Source: Candidatus Parcubacteria bacterium
GTDB lineage: Bacteria > Patescibacteriota > Patescibacteriia > Patescibacteriales > UBA12465
Reading direction: 5' to 3'
Assembly (NCBI GenBank): GCA_023444045.1
Contig: JAEZRQ010000001.1
Location: 2,000-65,999, forward strand
Length of the DNA stretch: 64,000 nt
The notes below the pieces were generated by a model that saw nothing but the letters and a program-made list of their open reading frames with translations, was not told where the DNA came from and did no database searches. Shown here in pieces: positions 46,110-55,979 of this stretch (position 1 is its first letter; each line of letters begins with the position of its first letter). The position numbers and the translations under genes are program-made.

Positions 46110-47051
46110 TTAATAAAATACTTTGGAATTAAGAGAAGCGTCTTTGCTTTGTAAGTATTTATAAGCACTTAGAGCAGCAATCGTCGCTTGACCACTCGCA
46201 ATAGAAATTTGTTTAAACTCACTAGCATTAGTTACGTCCCCGGCCGCAAAAATTCCGGGAGTCTTGGTCTCCATTTTTTGATTAACCACCAGTTGCATTT
46301 TTTCATCCCGTTCAACTAACTCCGAGACTAAATCTGTGTGGGCAATGCGACCAACTTCAATAAAAACACCATCAACTACAAGCTCTTCTTCTTGATTATT
46401 ACTATTTAAGTAGACGATTTTTTCCACTTTTAACTGACCTTTAATTTCTTTTATTTTGGCCTCAGTGATAATCTTAACATTTTCTCTTTGGCGGACTTCA
46501 TTAACTAAACCATCAAAAGCTTTAAATTCTTTGCTTCTATGGATCAAATAAACCTCACTAGCAATTTTTGACAACACTTCAGCAGCATCAAAAGCAGAGT
46601 TACCACCACCAATAACAACAACTTTCTTCCCTTTATAAAGCGGCCCATCACAATTGGCGCAATAAGAGACACCTTTACCGGAAAATTCCATCTCACCAGG
46701 AACCGCTAAGCGACGAGGAGAAAGGCCGATGGTTAAAATAATTGTTTTGGTAATAAACTCTTCTTTGTTTGTGATAAGCTTAAAATTACCATCAGCCGTT
46801 TTTTCAATCACCTTAACCTCTTCTTGTTTAAAATCTGCACCACAAGAAAGGGCGTGATCTTTAAATTTCTCAATAAAATCAAAGTTTAAAATACTTTTAA
46901 AGCCTGGATAATTTTCTATTTCTCCCGCCCAAACTATTTGACCACCCAATTCTCGACCAATAATCAAGGTTTTCATTTCTCTTCTGGTAGTAAAAATAGC
47001 GGCGGTAAAGGCAGCTGGTCCAGCACCGATAATAATAGTGTCGTAAATCAT
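46110..47051 (-). CDS. trxB: Thioredoxin-disulfide reductase
   Basis: GAGPAA FAD motif, redox-active CANCDG, GGGNSAFDAA NADPH motif and GIFAAGDV. Confidence 0.92.
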   Translation of the reverse strand: MIYDTIIIGAGPAAFTAAIFTTRREMKTLIIGRELGGQIVWAGEIENYPGFKSILNFDFIEKFKDHALSCGADFKQEEVKVIEKTADGNFKLITNKEEFITKTIILTIGLSPRRLAVPGEMEFSGKGVSYCANCDGPLYKGKKVVVIGGGNSAFDAAEVLSKIASEVYLIHRSKEFKAFDGLVNEVRQRENVKIITEAKIKEIKGQLKVEKIVYLNSNNQEEELVVDGVFIEVGRIAHTDLVSELVERDEKMQLVVNQKMETKTPGIFAAGDVTNASEFKQISIASGQATIAALSAYKYLQSKDASLNSKVFY

Positions 47052-47327
47052 AAAAAATAAAGTAAGACTGAATTAAGTCTTATATATTATACGGTTTTTA
47101 TACCTCCTTGGCAAATTAAAAAATTTTATTTTATATTAGTTAAAATAGTTTATTTTATTTAATATTAGACAAAATAATATTGTTCTGCGAGGAACGTCGC
47201 TTTTTAATTAGATAAAGCCATTACTTGTCTTTCAATATTAACTAGTAAAAAGTTTTTTTAGTTAAAACAATTTTTGTTTGCTTGTTTATTTAGAAGCTTA
47301 AGAGATTAACGGTCATCGTCTCATTGC

Positions 47328-47378
47328 TGTTCCTTGAAGAACATAAGTTAAAAATTTAACAATGTTCCTTAAGGAACA
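47328..47378. promoter_or_regulatory. Twin operator-like palindromes TGTTCCTTnAAGnAACA
   Basis: tgttccttgaagaaca (47328-47343, imperfect) and tgttccttaaggaaca (47363-47378, perfect 16-bp palindrome). Their centres are 35 bp apart. Confidence 0.45.
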
Positions 47379-47446
47379 CCATCAAATGGTTTATTGTCCA
47401 GATTATTGTTGACTATTAAAAAAGAGGCTTAAAAAACCTCTTTTTG

Positions 47447-47520
47447 TGGACCATAAGGGACTTGAACCCTTGGCCTCTTCCATGCCATGGAAGCGCTCTA
47501 GCCAACTGAGCTAATGGCCC
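47447..47520 (-). tRNA. tRNA-Ala (anticodon GGC)
   Basis: Acceptor GGGCCAT/ATGGTCC with the G3-U70 identity pair, anticodon loop ATGGCAT. Confidence 0.9.
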
Positions 47521-47564
47521 TATAACTAAGGACTATTATACCTTAAGCTTATTTTTAGTCAATG

Positions 47565-47636
47565 TGTCCTTGCCAGGAGTCGAACCTGGATTTAGAACTT
47601 AGGAGATTCTCGTTCTATCCATTGAACTACAAGGAC
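47565..47636 (-). tRNA. tRNA-Arg (anticodon CCU)
   Basis: Acceptor GTCCTTG/CAAGGAC, anticodon loop CTCCTAA, T arm CCAGGTTCGACTCCTGG. Confidence 0.88.
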
Positions 47637-47757
47637 TTTCTACTTTAAAAAATAGTTAAAACTTTGACAAAGATAAAACGATAACCTACAATTAAGCCAT
47701 AAGTTTATTCTTATTTTATAATCCCTTGGACTAAAAAACAAGAGGACAAACAAAACT

Positions 47758-48180
47758 ATGTTTAATAAAGAAAACAAGCCAGAAAAATTTAAAGATGCCG
47801 AAACAATCATTGGCTCTTCCATTAAAGTAAAGGGTAATTTCCACGGACAAGGGAATATTGTGGTTGAGGGGCAATTGGAGGGTAATCTTAAAACAGAAGC
47901 TAATCTCTTTATAGGAGAAAAAGCTAAGGTTGTAGCTAATATTGAGGCTTATGATGCTGTTATTAACGGTGAAGTAAAGGGATCTCTTAAAGTTCACGGT
48001 TATTTAGCTCTTGGACCAACTGCCAAGGTAATTGGCGATGTCACTTATTCCGGAATCTCTATTGAAAAAGGGGCTTTAATCAATGGTCAAGTTCTTTACG
48101 TAGCTAACAGTGATAAAAGAAATAAAGGTAAAGAGGTTGAGGAAGAAACTGAGGAAGAAGAGGGGGATGAAGAAAACTAA
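47758..48180 (+). CDS. Bactofilin-family cytoskeletal protein with an acidic tail
   Basis: Beta-helix repeats (IKVKGNFHGQGNIVVEGQLEGNL...VINGEVKGSLKV...VIGDVTYSGISIEKGALINGQV). Confidence 0.88.
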   Translation: MFNKENKPEKFKDAETIIGSSIKVKGNFHGQGNIVVEGQLEGNLKTEANLFIGEKAKVVANIEAYDAVINGEVKGSLKVHGYLALGPTAKVIGDVTYSGISIEKGALINGQVLYVANSDKRNKGKEVEEETEEEEGDEEN

Positions 48181-48215
48181 TTATATATATAAATTGGGTC
48201 TTTGCTTGAAAAAAT

Positions 48216-48962
48216 ATGAATATTTATATATATGATGACTATTTAAATAAGAATAAATATAGCCGGATTTTGAATCGGGTAGAGATTCGTTTAACCGATC
48301 TTGGTTTAAATGGAAAAATAATCAGATTAGGGGCCATTAAAAACATTCGCGACGTTATCCAAAATGAGATTAAAAATGGTGCTAAAACAATTGTAGCTGT
48401 TGGTAACAATCAAACTGTAAACAAGATTATTGGTGCTATTATTGATAATGAGTTATACGGCTTTTTTCAAAAAAACATCCTTTTTTCCATTATTCCAGTG
48501 GGTGATGATAATTCTATTGCTAATTCACTAGGGATAAAAAGGGAGGAAGAGGCCTGCAACATACTACTAGCAAGACGCGTTAAAAAAATTGATATCGGGG
48601 TGGTTAATAATTATTATTTTCTTAATAAAGCGGTGATTTCTAGCGAAAACTCTGTAATTGAAATAAATGATGATTACATTATTGAGCCACAAGAGAAAGG
48701 ATTAATCAGTGTTTTTAACCTTAAAAGCTCAGCTAATGATGACAAACACCTGAAAGTTAACCCGGTTGACGGAAAATTAGATGTTTATATTAAAAATCGC
48801 AGTAAAGATTTATCCTTTATATCAGTTAAGAAATTAAAAATTACCAACTCAGAAGAGCCCTTAATCTTAGATGACATTATTGAAGTTAAAACTCCGGCTG
48901 AAATTAGTGTTATTTCTGGAAAATTAAATGTTGTGGTTGGGAAGGATCGCAGCTTTGAATAA
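48216..48962 (+). CDS. Diacylglycerol/lipid kinase catalytic-domain protein (YegS-like)
   Basis: TIVAVGNNQTVNKIIGAI and IIPVGDDNSIANSLGI, matching the GGDGT- and GTxNDxA-like motif positions (degenerate). Confidence 0.5.
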   Translation: MNIYIYDDYLNKNKYSRILNRVEIRLTDLGLNGKIIRLGAIKNIRDVIQNEIKNGAKTIVAVGNNQTVNKIIGAIIDNELYGFFQKNILFSIIPVGDDNSIANSLGIKREEEACNILLARRVKKIDIGVVNNYYFLNKAVISSENSVIEINDDYIIEPQEKGLISVFNLKSSANDDKHLKVNPVDGKLDVYIKNRSKDLSFISVKKLKITNSEEPLILDDIIEVKTPAEISVISGKLNVVVGKDRSFE

Positions 48963-49017
48963 TTTTTATAAACAAAAACAGGAATTGTTGTTCCTGTTTT
49001 TTTATTGTTTAATACTT

Positions 49018-49767
49018 TTATTTAATAATTTCTCCCTCAATCGGTCCACTAGGAATTTTGTTCTTTTCTTTTCTTAAGGTAATAAATTGTTGTAAAACCG
49101 TTAAAGCGGTAAACATAAACCAATATAGTGTAAGTCCACCGGGCAAAGAAAGACCAAAAATAACCGTCATGACTGGAAAAATATAAGTCATTTGTTTACT
49201 CATAATACTGGCCATATTTTCTTCCTTCCCATTTTCTTCGCTATTATTAGCCTTTTTCTGTTTAGCTAACATCATTTTGCTTTGAATAAATTGAGCCACA
49301 CCAGCTAAAACTGCCAGATAAACAACCGGCTTGCTTAAATCCATAAAACCAAAAGAAATAGTCTGTATGTTCTCTGGTTTAGCTAAGAACGAATAAACTA
49401 GAGCTAAATCTTCACTTAATCCAACTCTTAAAACTTTAAAAACTGCAAATAAAAACGGGAGTTGAATTAACAGTGGCAAACAAGAGGATAGTGGGTTTAT
49501 TTTATGATCCTTGTAGAGACTCATTGTTGCTTGCCCAAGCCCAGCCTTATCATCACCGTACTTCTTTTTTAATTCATCAATTTTTGGTTGTAGTGCCTGT
49601 AGCTCCGCTTGAGATTTAATTGATTTTTTGGAAAGCGGCCAAAGAATTAGCTTAATTACCACGGTTAATAAAATAATAGCCACCCCAAGATCAGCGGTGT
49701 GGTTATACAAAAAAGCAAGAACATTTAAAACTGGTTGATAAAAAATAACTTGATAAAGATATTGCAT
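49018..49767 (-). CDS. yidC: Membrane protein insertase YidC (short, Gram-positive-like form)
   Basis: GVAIILLTVVIKLILWPL, NPLSSCLPLLIQLPFLFA and GLTLYWF motifs, plus synteny with yidD-rnpA-rpmH. Confidence 0.9.
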   Translation of the reverse strand: MQYLYQVIFYQPVLNVLAFLYNHTADLGVAIILLTVVIKLILWPLSKKSIKSQAELQALQPKIDELKKKYGDDKAGLGQATMSLYKDHKINPLSSCLPLLIQLPFLFAVFKVLRVGLSEDLALVYSFLAKPENIQTISFGFMDLSKPVVYLAVLAGVAQFIQSKMMLAKQKKANNSEENGKEENMASIMSKQMTYIFPVMTVIFGLSLPGGLTLYWFMFTALTVLQQFITLRKEKNKIPSGPIEGEIIK

Positions 49768-49781
49768 AAAAAATAAAATTA

Positions 49782-50039
49782 TTACTTAAGTGGGTCATTA
49801 CCACCCTTATTCCAAGGATTACACCTCATAATACGCCACATAGCCTTAAATCCTCCCCTTATTATACCATATTTTGTAATCGCCTCCAGCCCATATTGTG
49901 AGCATGTTGGATTAAAACGACAGAAACCATGTGGATGAAGCCCCTTAAACCAACCATGGTCTGGAGATATTGTTTTTTGATAGCTTTTTATTAGAAAAAT
50001 AGCTATCTTCTTAAAAAAATCATCTATATACCTTATCAT
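49782..50039 (-). CDS. yidD: Membrane protein insertion efficiency factor YidD
   Basis: [19 protein letters not shown]...RCNPW. Confidence 0.92.
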   Translation of the reverse strand: MIRYIDDFFKKIAIFLIKSYQKTISPDHGWFKGLHPHGFCRFNPTCSQYGLEAITKYGIIRGGFKAMWRIMRCNPWNKGGNDPLK

Positions 50040-50060
50040 AAATATAATTAAAGTTCTATA

Positions 50061-50402
50061 TTATTTATAGAACTTTAATTTAGTAAATATTTTCTTTATT
50101 TCCTCCTGAATGTTTTCAAAGCTTTTACTTTTAATCTCTTTAGAAACGACTATTACACAGTCATAACCTTTAGTTAAAAGTTTTTCTTCTTGAAAAACAA
50201 TGCTCTTAATTCTTCTTTTATAAAGATTTCTAACAACCGCTAACTTGCTTACTTTAGTGCCAACTAAGACACCAAAGCGGTTGAATGTTTTTTCATTTTT
50301 CTTAATTTTTACCCCCAAAAACTGTCCATAAACAGAAGTCCCTTCCTTAAAAACTAAATCAAAATCTTTATTTCTAGATAATCGGCTTTTTTTCGCCAAC
50401 AT
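50061..50402 (-). CDS. rnpA: Ribonuclease P protein component
   Basis: Basic 113-aa protein with VRNLYKRRIK (the RNR-like motif) and synteny. Confidence 0.88.
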   Translation of the reverse strand: MLAKKSRLSRNKDFDLVFKEGTSVYGQFLGVKIKKNEKTFNRFGVLVGTKVSKLAVVRNLYKRRIKSIVFQEEKLLTKGYDCVIVVSKEIKSKSFENIQEEIKKIFTKLKFYK

Positions 50403-50417
50403 TAAATTAAATATTAA

Positions 50418-50555
50418 CTACTTTGATAATACTTTTCTTCCTTTGTCGCGTCTTCTTTTTAAAACTTCTCTTCCATCTTCTGTTTCCATTCGGTGTAAAA
50501 ACCCATGTTTAACGCTCGCCCTTTTTTTATTTGGCTGATATGTTCTCTTTGGCAT
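50418..50555 (-). CDS. rpmH: 50S ribosomal protein L34 (below the ORF-track length cutoff)
   Basis: Manual translation: [45 protein letters not shown]. Confidence 0.92.
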   Translation of the reverse strand: MPKRTYQPNKKRASVKHGFLHRMETEDGREVLKRRRDKGRKVLSK

Positions 50556-50739
50556 AACTTATTTTTTAAAATTTTAATTTTAGATTAAATATACTCTAAC
50601 ACTTTTATTTTTAAAGGTCAATAATTATTTATTATTACTAGTTTTCTAGTTATCAACAGTTTACTAACAGCTTATAAACAAACTTTGCTTGTAGTAAAGG
50701 TTTTTATTAAATATAATTAAAACATAAATAAAAATCCCT

Positions 50740-52146
50740 ATGTCTTACGATCAAATTTGGCAGGCCGCTTTAGGCGAAATAGAAGTTAATCTATCGCGGG
50801 CTAATTTTATTACTTGGTTTAAAAATACTTTTGTGTCCTTGGTTGAAAATGGCCAGGTAACTGTTTGTGTTCCAAACTCTTTTATCCAAAAATGGCTTGA
50901 AGAAAAATATCACAAGACAATTTTAAGCGCCCTAGAAAATGTTTTAAAACAAAAAGTAATTATTGTTTATAAAGTAGAAGTTAGAAACAACGGCAACCAA
51001 ACAATTATTAACGATAAAAATAGTCACTTAGTTGGCTCATTAAAAGAGAAGTCTCTTACTCCAGAAAATAATAGCAGAGTGGAAGAAAAAAATAACCAAC
51101 CAATTAAGGGGAGTGAAAATAAATTTGGTTTAAATTCTAAGTATGTTTTTGAAAATTTTATTGTAGGAAAAAACAATGAGCTAGCTTATGCCGCCTGTTG
51201 GGCAGTGGTTAATAATTTAGGAAAGGCTTATAACCCTTTATTTATTTATGGTGGGGTAGGGCTAGGAAAAACTCACTTACTACAAGCCATAGGTAATGAG
51301 GTGTCAAAAAAAACTGATCGTATTCTTTATACCACCTCTGAAAAATTTACTAATAATTATATTCAGGCTGTACACTCCGGAAAAGCAAAAGAGTTTAAAA
51401 ATCTTTATCGCAATGTTGATCTCTTTTTAATTGACGATGTTCAATTCATGGGTGGAAAAGATGGTACTCAACAAGAATTTTTTCATACTTTTAACGAACT
51501 ACAACAAGGAGACAAGCAGATTGTCCTAACTTCTGACAGACCACCAAAATCTCTCCCCGCTATTGAGGCTCGTCTAATTTCTCGTTTTGAGTCTGGTATG
51601 GTAGCTGACGTTGGTAAACCGGATATGGAAACCAAAATTGCTATTTTAGAAAAAAAATCAATTGAAAAAGGTTTTCCGTTAAGTTCTGAAATAATAAACC
51701 TACTTGCTAAAAGCGTCCAAAATAATATTAGGGAGCTTGAAGGTGTTTTAAATAAAATTATTGCCGTACACCAAATTAAAAACATCCCCGTAAGCGAGAG
51801 AAGTGTTAAAGAAATTCTGTCTGATTTTATTGCTAATACCCAAACAAAATCTTTGTCTAATAAAGAGGTTATTGATGCTGTTTGTCGTTTTTATGATATT
51901 AGCTCTAAAGATTTAATCGGTAACAGCCGCAAAAAAGAGCTTGTTTGGCCAAGACAAATTGCTATTTATTTAATGAGGGAAGAAGTTAAATCATCCTATC
52001 CTAATATTGGTCATGAAATAGGGGGCAGGGATCACACCACCGCGATGCATGCTTACAATAAAGTTAGCCGAGAAATAAATGAGAATGAAAATGAAAAAAT
52101 AAAACAAGAGTTGGTTTCTATTAAACAACTATTTAACAGTTTATAA
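50740..52146 (+). CDS. dnaA: Chromosomal replication initiator DnaA
   Basis: AAA+ GGVGLGKTHLLQA, LIDDVQF, domain IV (RKKELVWPRQIAIYLMRE...GGRDHTTAMHA). Confidence 0.95.
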   Translation: MSYDQIWQAALGEIEVNLSRANFITWFKNTFVSLVENGQVTVCVPNSFIQKWLEEKYHKTILSALENVLKQKVIIVYKVEVRNNGNQTIINDKNSHLVGSLKEKSLTPENNSRVEEKNNQPIKGSENKFGLNSKYVFENFIVGKNNELAYAACWAVVNNLGKAYNPLFIYGGVGLGKTHLLQAIGNEVSKKTDRILYTTSEKFTNNYIQAVHSGKAKEFKNLYRNVDLFLIDDVQFMGGKDGTQQEFFHTFNELQQGDKQIVLTSDRPPKSLPAIEARLISRFESGMVADVGKPDMETKIAILEKKSIEKGFPLSSEIINLLAKSVQNNIRELEGVLNKIIAVHQIKNIPVSERSVKEILSDFIANTQTKSLSNKEVIDAVCRFYDISSKDLIGNSRKKELVWPRQIAIYLMREEVKSSYPNIGHEIGGRDHTTAMHAYNKVSREINENENEKIKQELVSIKQLFNSL

Positions 52147-52394
52147 CTTGTTAATAAGTAGTTAATAACTAATGAGATCCTGTTAATTAAATTGTGTATT
52201 AAACCTTAAACCTTTGTTAATAAAAAAAGTTGTTAACTTTTAAAACACTTTTACCACACAGCAATTTAAGATTTAATCAACAGAAAAAAATCGGTATTAT
52301 TTTTTAGAGTAAGCCAAAAAATAGCAATAACAATAACTTATACACCCCCTTATTATTGTTATTATTTATATAAATATATATTAAATAATATAAT
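52147..52394. other. Candidate oriC (dnaA-dnaN intergenic region)
   Basis: Five same-orientation (T/A)GTTAAYWW motifs at 52149, 52160, 52181, 52215 and 52231. Their reverse complement, e.g. TTATTAACA, matches the DnaA-box consensus TTATCCACA at up to 7 of 9 positions. A ~55-bp almost pure A/T tract follows at 52340-52394. Confidence 0.55.
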
Positions 52395-53522
52395 ATGAAA
52401 TTAATTAGTGTTCAGGAAAATTTAAAAAAGGGACTACTGACTGTAAGTCATGGAACTGGTAAAAATATTAACTTACCAATTCTTAATAATATTTTAATAA
52501 AGGCTTATAACAACTCTATTGAGCTTATTAGCACTAATTTAGAAATCGGCATTATTTATAAATTAAGAGGTAAGGTTGAAAGAGAGGGTGAATTTACGGT
52601 TGATTCAAAAATTATTACCGAATATGTTAATTTGCTTCCAAGTGAAAACGTGGAGATAGAAGAAATAGGCGGTGAACTTAAAGTAGAGTGTGGTACTTAT
52701 AAAACAAAAATTAAAGGAGAGGCATCAAAAGAGTTCCCTCTTATACCATCAGTTTCTCAAGAAAATTGTTATTCTTGTTCAATAGTTGAATTTAGAAAAG
52801 CTTTAAATAGTGTTTCTTTTGCAGTTTCAAATAGTGAAAATAGGATTGAGTTATCAGGAGTTTTATTTAATTTTGAGGATGAAAAATTAACTCTAGTTGC
52901 AACTGATAGTTATCGTTTAGCTGAAAAAACTATTAATACTAAAACAGAGAATAGTTTTATTAATCAAAAGTTAATTGTCCCCTCTAGAACTGTTCAAGAA
53001 CTTTTAAGAATTTTAAATAATTATAATAATGAGGATGGTGATTTTGAACAAAAAAGTGATGTTAAAATAGCTGTTTCTGATAATCAAATTTTGTTTTTAG
53101 TTGATTCTGTGGAACTTGTTTCCAGATTAATTAATGGTCAATACCCAGATTATCAACAAATTATTCCTGATAAAAGTAAAACAGAGGTGGTGGTAAGTAA
53201 GGCAAACCTTCTAAGAGCAGTAAAAGCGGTAGCAATTTTCTCTAAAACAGGAATTAATGACGTTAACTTAGAATTTAAAGATAATAAGATTATAATATCT
53301 GCTTCATCTGGACAGAGCGGAGAAAGTAGGGCGGACATTGAAGCGGATATTAGTGGCATTGATAATGAAATAGCAATTAACTTCCGGTACTTAGTTGATG
53401 GTTTAAATAATATTAATGCTGATAAAGTACGTTTAAAAATTGTTAGTACTAACACCCCTTGTATTTTAGTGGCCGAACCACAAGATGAATATCTTTATGT
53501 TGTAATGCCAATTAGGCAATAA
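52395..53522 (+). CDS. dnaN: DNA polymerase III beta sliding clamp
   Basis: Three-domain 375-aa protein (LVATDSYRLA, RLINGQYPDYQQIIP, MPIRQ C-terminus) and synteny. Confidence 0.93.
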   Translation: MKLISVQENLKKGLLTVSHGTGKNINLPILNNILIKAYNNSIELISTNLEIGIIYKLRGKVEREGEFTVDSKIITEYVNLLPSENVEIEEIGGELKVECGTYKTKIKGEASKEFPLIPSVSQENCYSCSIVEFRKALNSVSFAVSNSENRIELSGVLFNFEDEKLTLVATDSYRLAEKTINTKTENSFINQKLIVPSRTVQELLRILNNYNNEDGDFEQKSDVKIAVSDNQILFLVDSVELVSRLINGQYPDYQQIIPDKSKTEVVVSKANLLRAVKAVAIFSKTGINDVNLEFKDNKIIISASSGQSGESRADIEADISGIDNEIAINFRYLVDGLNNINADKVRLKIVSTNTPCILVAEPQDEYLYVVMPIRQ

Positions 53523-53523
53523 C

Positions 53524-53551
53524 AAAAAAGGGCCCCGCAGGGGCCCTTTTT
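53524..53551. terminator. Bidirectional GC-rich terminator
   Basis: gggcccc-gca-ggggccc flanked by an A-run and a T-run. Confidence 0.85.
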
Positions 53552-53555
53552 AAAA

Positions 53556-55898
53556 CTATTCTAAAATTAAATCTTCGGGAAAAATATCACTTTCATCTTT
53601 ATTGTTTAAAGCGTCTAATTCTTCTGGTGTTAAAAATTCACTTGGAAAATTTTCCTCAGCATCAATAGCAATAGTTGAAGAAGAAACTACTTGGTGATTT
53701 TTTTTAGCCCACTCTAAAACCGCCGCTTCCCAGGTAGAAAATTGAGGGTCGTTTTCTGGATTTTCAGGAGTTGGTCCAAGAGGATTATCTTTATCCACAA
53801 AATATAAGATAGAATGGTGATCATATATTTCTTTATATTTTACAAATTCAGTTGGGGTGTTAGCGCTTGCTGGCATATCAGAACGACTATCAAAAGCAGT
53901 TTTGCCTAGTGGTGATAAAACACCATCTAAAATATTTTTCCCTGTTTTAGTCTCTTCAGCTTCTTTAAATGATTCAACTGGAGTGCCTTGTAGAACTCTG
54001 TTCATGTATTCTTTCCAAATTGGTCCCGCTAAAACACTGCCATCAGCCCCTCTTTTCATTGAGTGATTATCAGTATTACCAACCCAAACACCGGTTACTA
54101 AAGATGGGGTGTAGCCAATAATCCAAGCATCTTTATAATCATTAGTGGTTCCGGTTTTAGCAGCGGCTGGGCGATCATTTAGGGTTAAGTTATTTTTCTC
54201 ACCAAAAATATAAGAACGAGCAGCATTATCTGATAAAATACTATTAATAAAGCGAGCTGTTTTTTGGGTTATTACATTTCGGCTATTAACTTTAGCTTCT
54301 TCTAAAATATTACCATCTCTATCCTCAACTTTTAGAACAGAAATTAAATCACTAACCTGTCCATCTCTAGCAAAAGCGCTGTAAGCATTGGTGTGTTCAA
54401 GTAACTTTACCTCACCACCACCTAAAACTAAAGATAAACCCAACCCCTTTTCATTTAGTGATGAATAACCAAGAGCGTGAGCCAGATCAATTACATTACT
54501 AACTCCAGTTAAGTAAAGTGCTTTAACAGCTGGAATATTTAATGATCCTGCTAAGGCTTTACGAATTGTAACTGGACCATTTTCTTTTAAATTATAATTT
54601 TTTGGAATATAAGGATCAGCTGGGTTGGTGGAAAAATTAGTCACTACATCATATAAAATAGTGTCTGGGGTGTAACCTTTTTCAAATAAAGAGGCAAAAA
54701 CAATTGGTTTCATGGATGAGCCTGGTTGTCTTAAGCTGGTGCTAACATTTACCTGACCAGCAATTTCTTTATTAAAGAAATCACGTGAGCCAATCATTGC
54801 TAAAATTTCCCCATTTTTTGGATCAACAGAAACTAGGGAAGCATTATTAGCATCATATTTAGTTTCATAATCTTTAATTTTTTCTATTAACACCTCTTCA
54901 GCAATTTTTTGTTTGTAATAATCTAAGGTGGTGTAAATTTTGAGCCCCCCTTGTTCTAATGTTTTTTCGCCATACTTCTCAGACATTAAACTTTTTATAT
55001 ACATCACAAAATGAGGGGCAATAATGCTAGATTCTGGCTTTTGAAAAATTATTTCTGCTTCTTTTGCTTGGTCTCTTTCCTCGGCTGATATATATCCCTG
55101 TTCATTCATTAAATCCAAGATGTAATCTTTTCTCCCCATTAAGATATCAAGATTTGGTCCGTAAGGAGAGTAGCGACTTGGAGATTGTGGTAGAGCCGCT
55201 AGAACAGCCGCCTCAGCGATATTTATCTCTTTTACGCTCTTACCAAAGTACTTGTAACTAGCCGCCTCTACACCGTAAGCATTTGACCCATAAGGAATCT
55301 CGTTAAGATACATTTGTAAAATTTCATCCTTAGAAAACTTTTTTTCTATTTGTTGGGCTAAGATAAGTTCCTTTACTTTTCTAGTAATAGATTTTTCGTT
55401 TGTTAAAATAGCGTTTTTAATAAACTGCTGAGTTAAGGTTGAGCCGCCAGCGGAACGGCGATAGATAACATTAGTTACCATTGTTCTAGCCATTGCCCAA
55501 ACACTAAAACCACCATGCTTATAAAAGTTTTTATCTTCAATGGCAATAGTAGCGTTTCTAACATGCATTGGAATTTCATCTAAAGAAACCAAAGTTCTCT
55601 TTTCATCACCATGTATTTCATAAAGAACATGTTCGCCACTGCGATCATAAATCTTGGTGCTTTGGGCTATTTCCCGATCAATTAACTGGTTTGGGTTTGG
55701 CAAATCGCGACTAATTATAATTATTCCAATAAAAGATAATAACGCAAAAAAGGCAATAAAAATTGTCAGTAAGGCTAATATTCTTTTTCGGTTAAACCAA
55801 ATTTTTTCCCAAAAAGTTTTCTTTTTAGGTGGTTTTTTCCAGGCTCTCATCGCTTCCTGGGTAAAGGTACTCTTTTTTCTAAGTTGAGGAATTGGCAT
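53556..55898 (-). CDS. Bifunctional class A penicillin-binding protein (PBP1A-type transglycosylase/transpeptidase)
   Basis: GT51 motifs (EDKNFYKHGG, GGSTLTQQ, RKVKE), transpeptidase SSMKP (SxxK) and KTGTT. Acidic C-terminal extension. Confidence 0.9.
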   Translation of the reverse strand: MPIPQLRKKSTFTQEAMRAWKKPPKKKTFWEKIWFNRKRILALLTIFIAFFALLSFIGIIIISRDLPNPNQLIDREIAQSTKIYDRSGEHVLYEIHGDEKRTLVSLDEIPMHVRNATIAIEDKNFYKHGGFSVWAMARTMVTNVIYRRSAGGSTLTQQFIKNAILTNEKSITRKVKELILAQQIEKKFSKDEILQMYLNEIPYGSNAYGVEAASYKYFGKSVKEINIAEAAVLAALPQSPSRYSPYGPNLDILMGRKDYILDLMNEQGYISAEERDQAKEAEIIFQKPESSIIAPHFVMYIKSLMSEKYGEKTLEQGGLKIYTTLDYYKQKIAEEVLIEKIKDYETKYDANNASLVSVDPKNGEILAMIGSRDFFNKEIAGQVNVSTSLRQPGSSMKPIVFASLFEKGYTPDTILYDVVTNFSTNPADPYIPKNYNLKENGPVTIRKALAGSLNIPAVKALYLTGVSNVIDLAHALGYSSLNEKGLGLSLVLGGGEVKLLEHTNAYSAFARDGQVSDLISVLKVEDRDGNILEEAKVNSRNVITQKTARFINSILSDNAARSYIFGEKNNLTLNDRPAAAKTGTTNDYKDAWIIGYTPSLVTGVWVGNTDNHSMKRGADGSVLAGPIWKEYMNRVLQGTPVESFKEAEETKTGKNILDGVLSPLGKTAFDSRSDMPASANTPTEFVKYKEIYDHHSILYFVDKDNPLGPTPENPENDPQFSTWEAAVLEWAKKNHQVVSSSTIAIDAEENFPSEFLTPEELDALNNKDESDIFPEDLILE

Positions 55899-55979
55899 AT
55901 TTGTTTATTTTTTTATATAGTATAGCATAAATTGCCTTCTTTCTGTAGACAAAACAATTCTTGTGATATAATAAGGCTT

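Noticed and set aside
47640-47997. Minus-strand ORFs 47640-47822 and 47731-47997 near or over the bactofilin gene
   Set aside because: The bactofilin frame has unmistakable beta-helix repeats. These ORFs are AT-rich chance or shadow ORFs.
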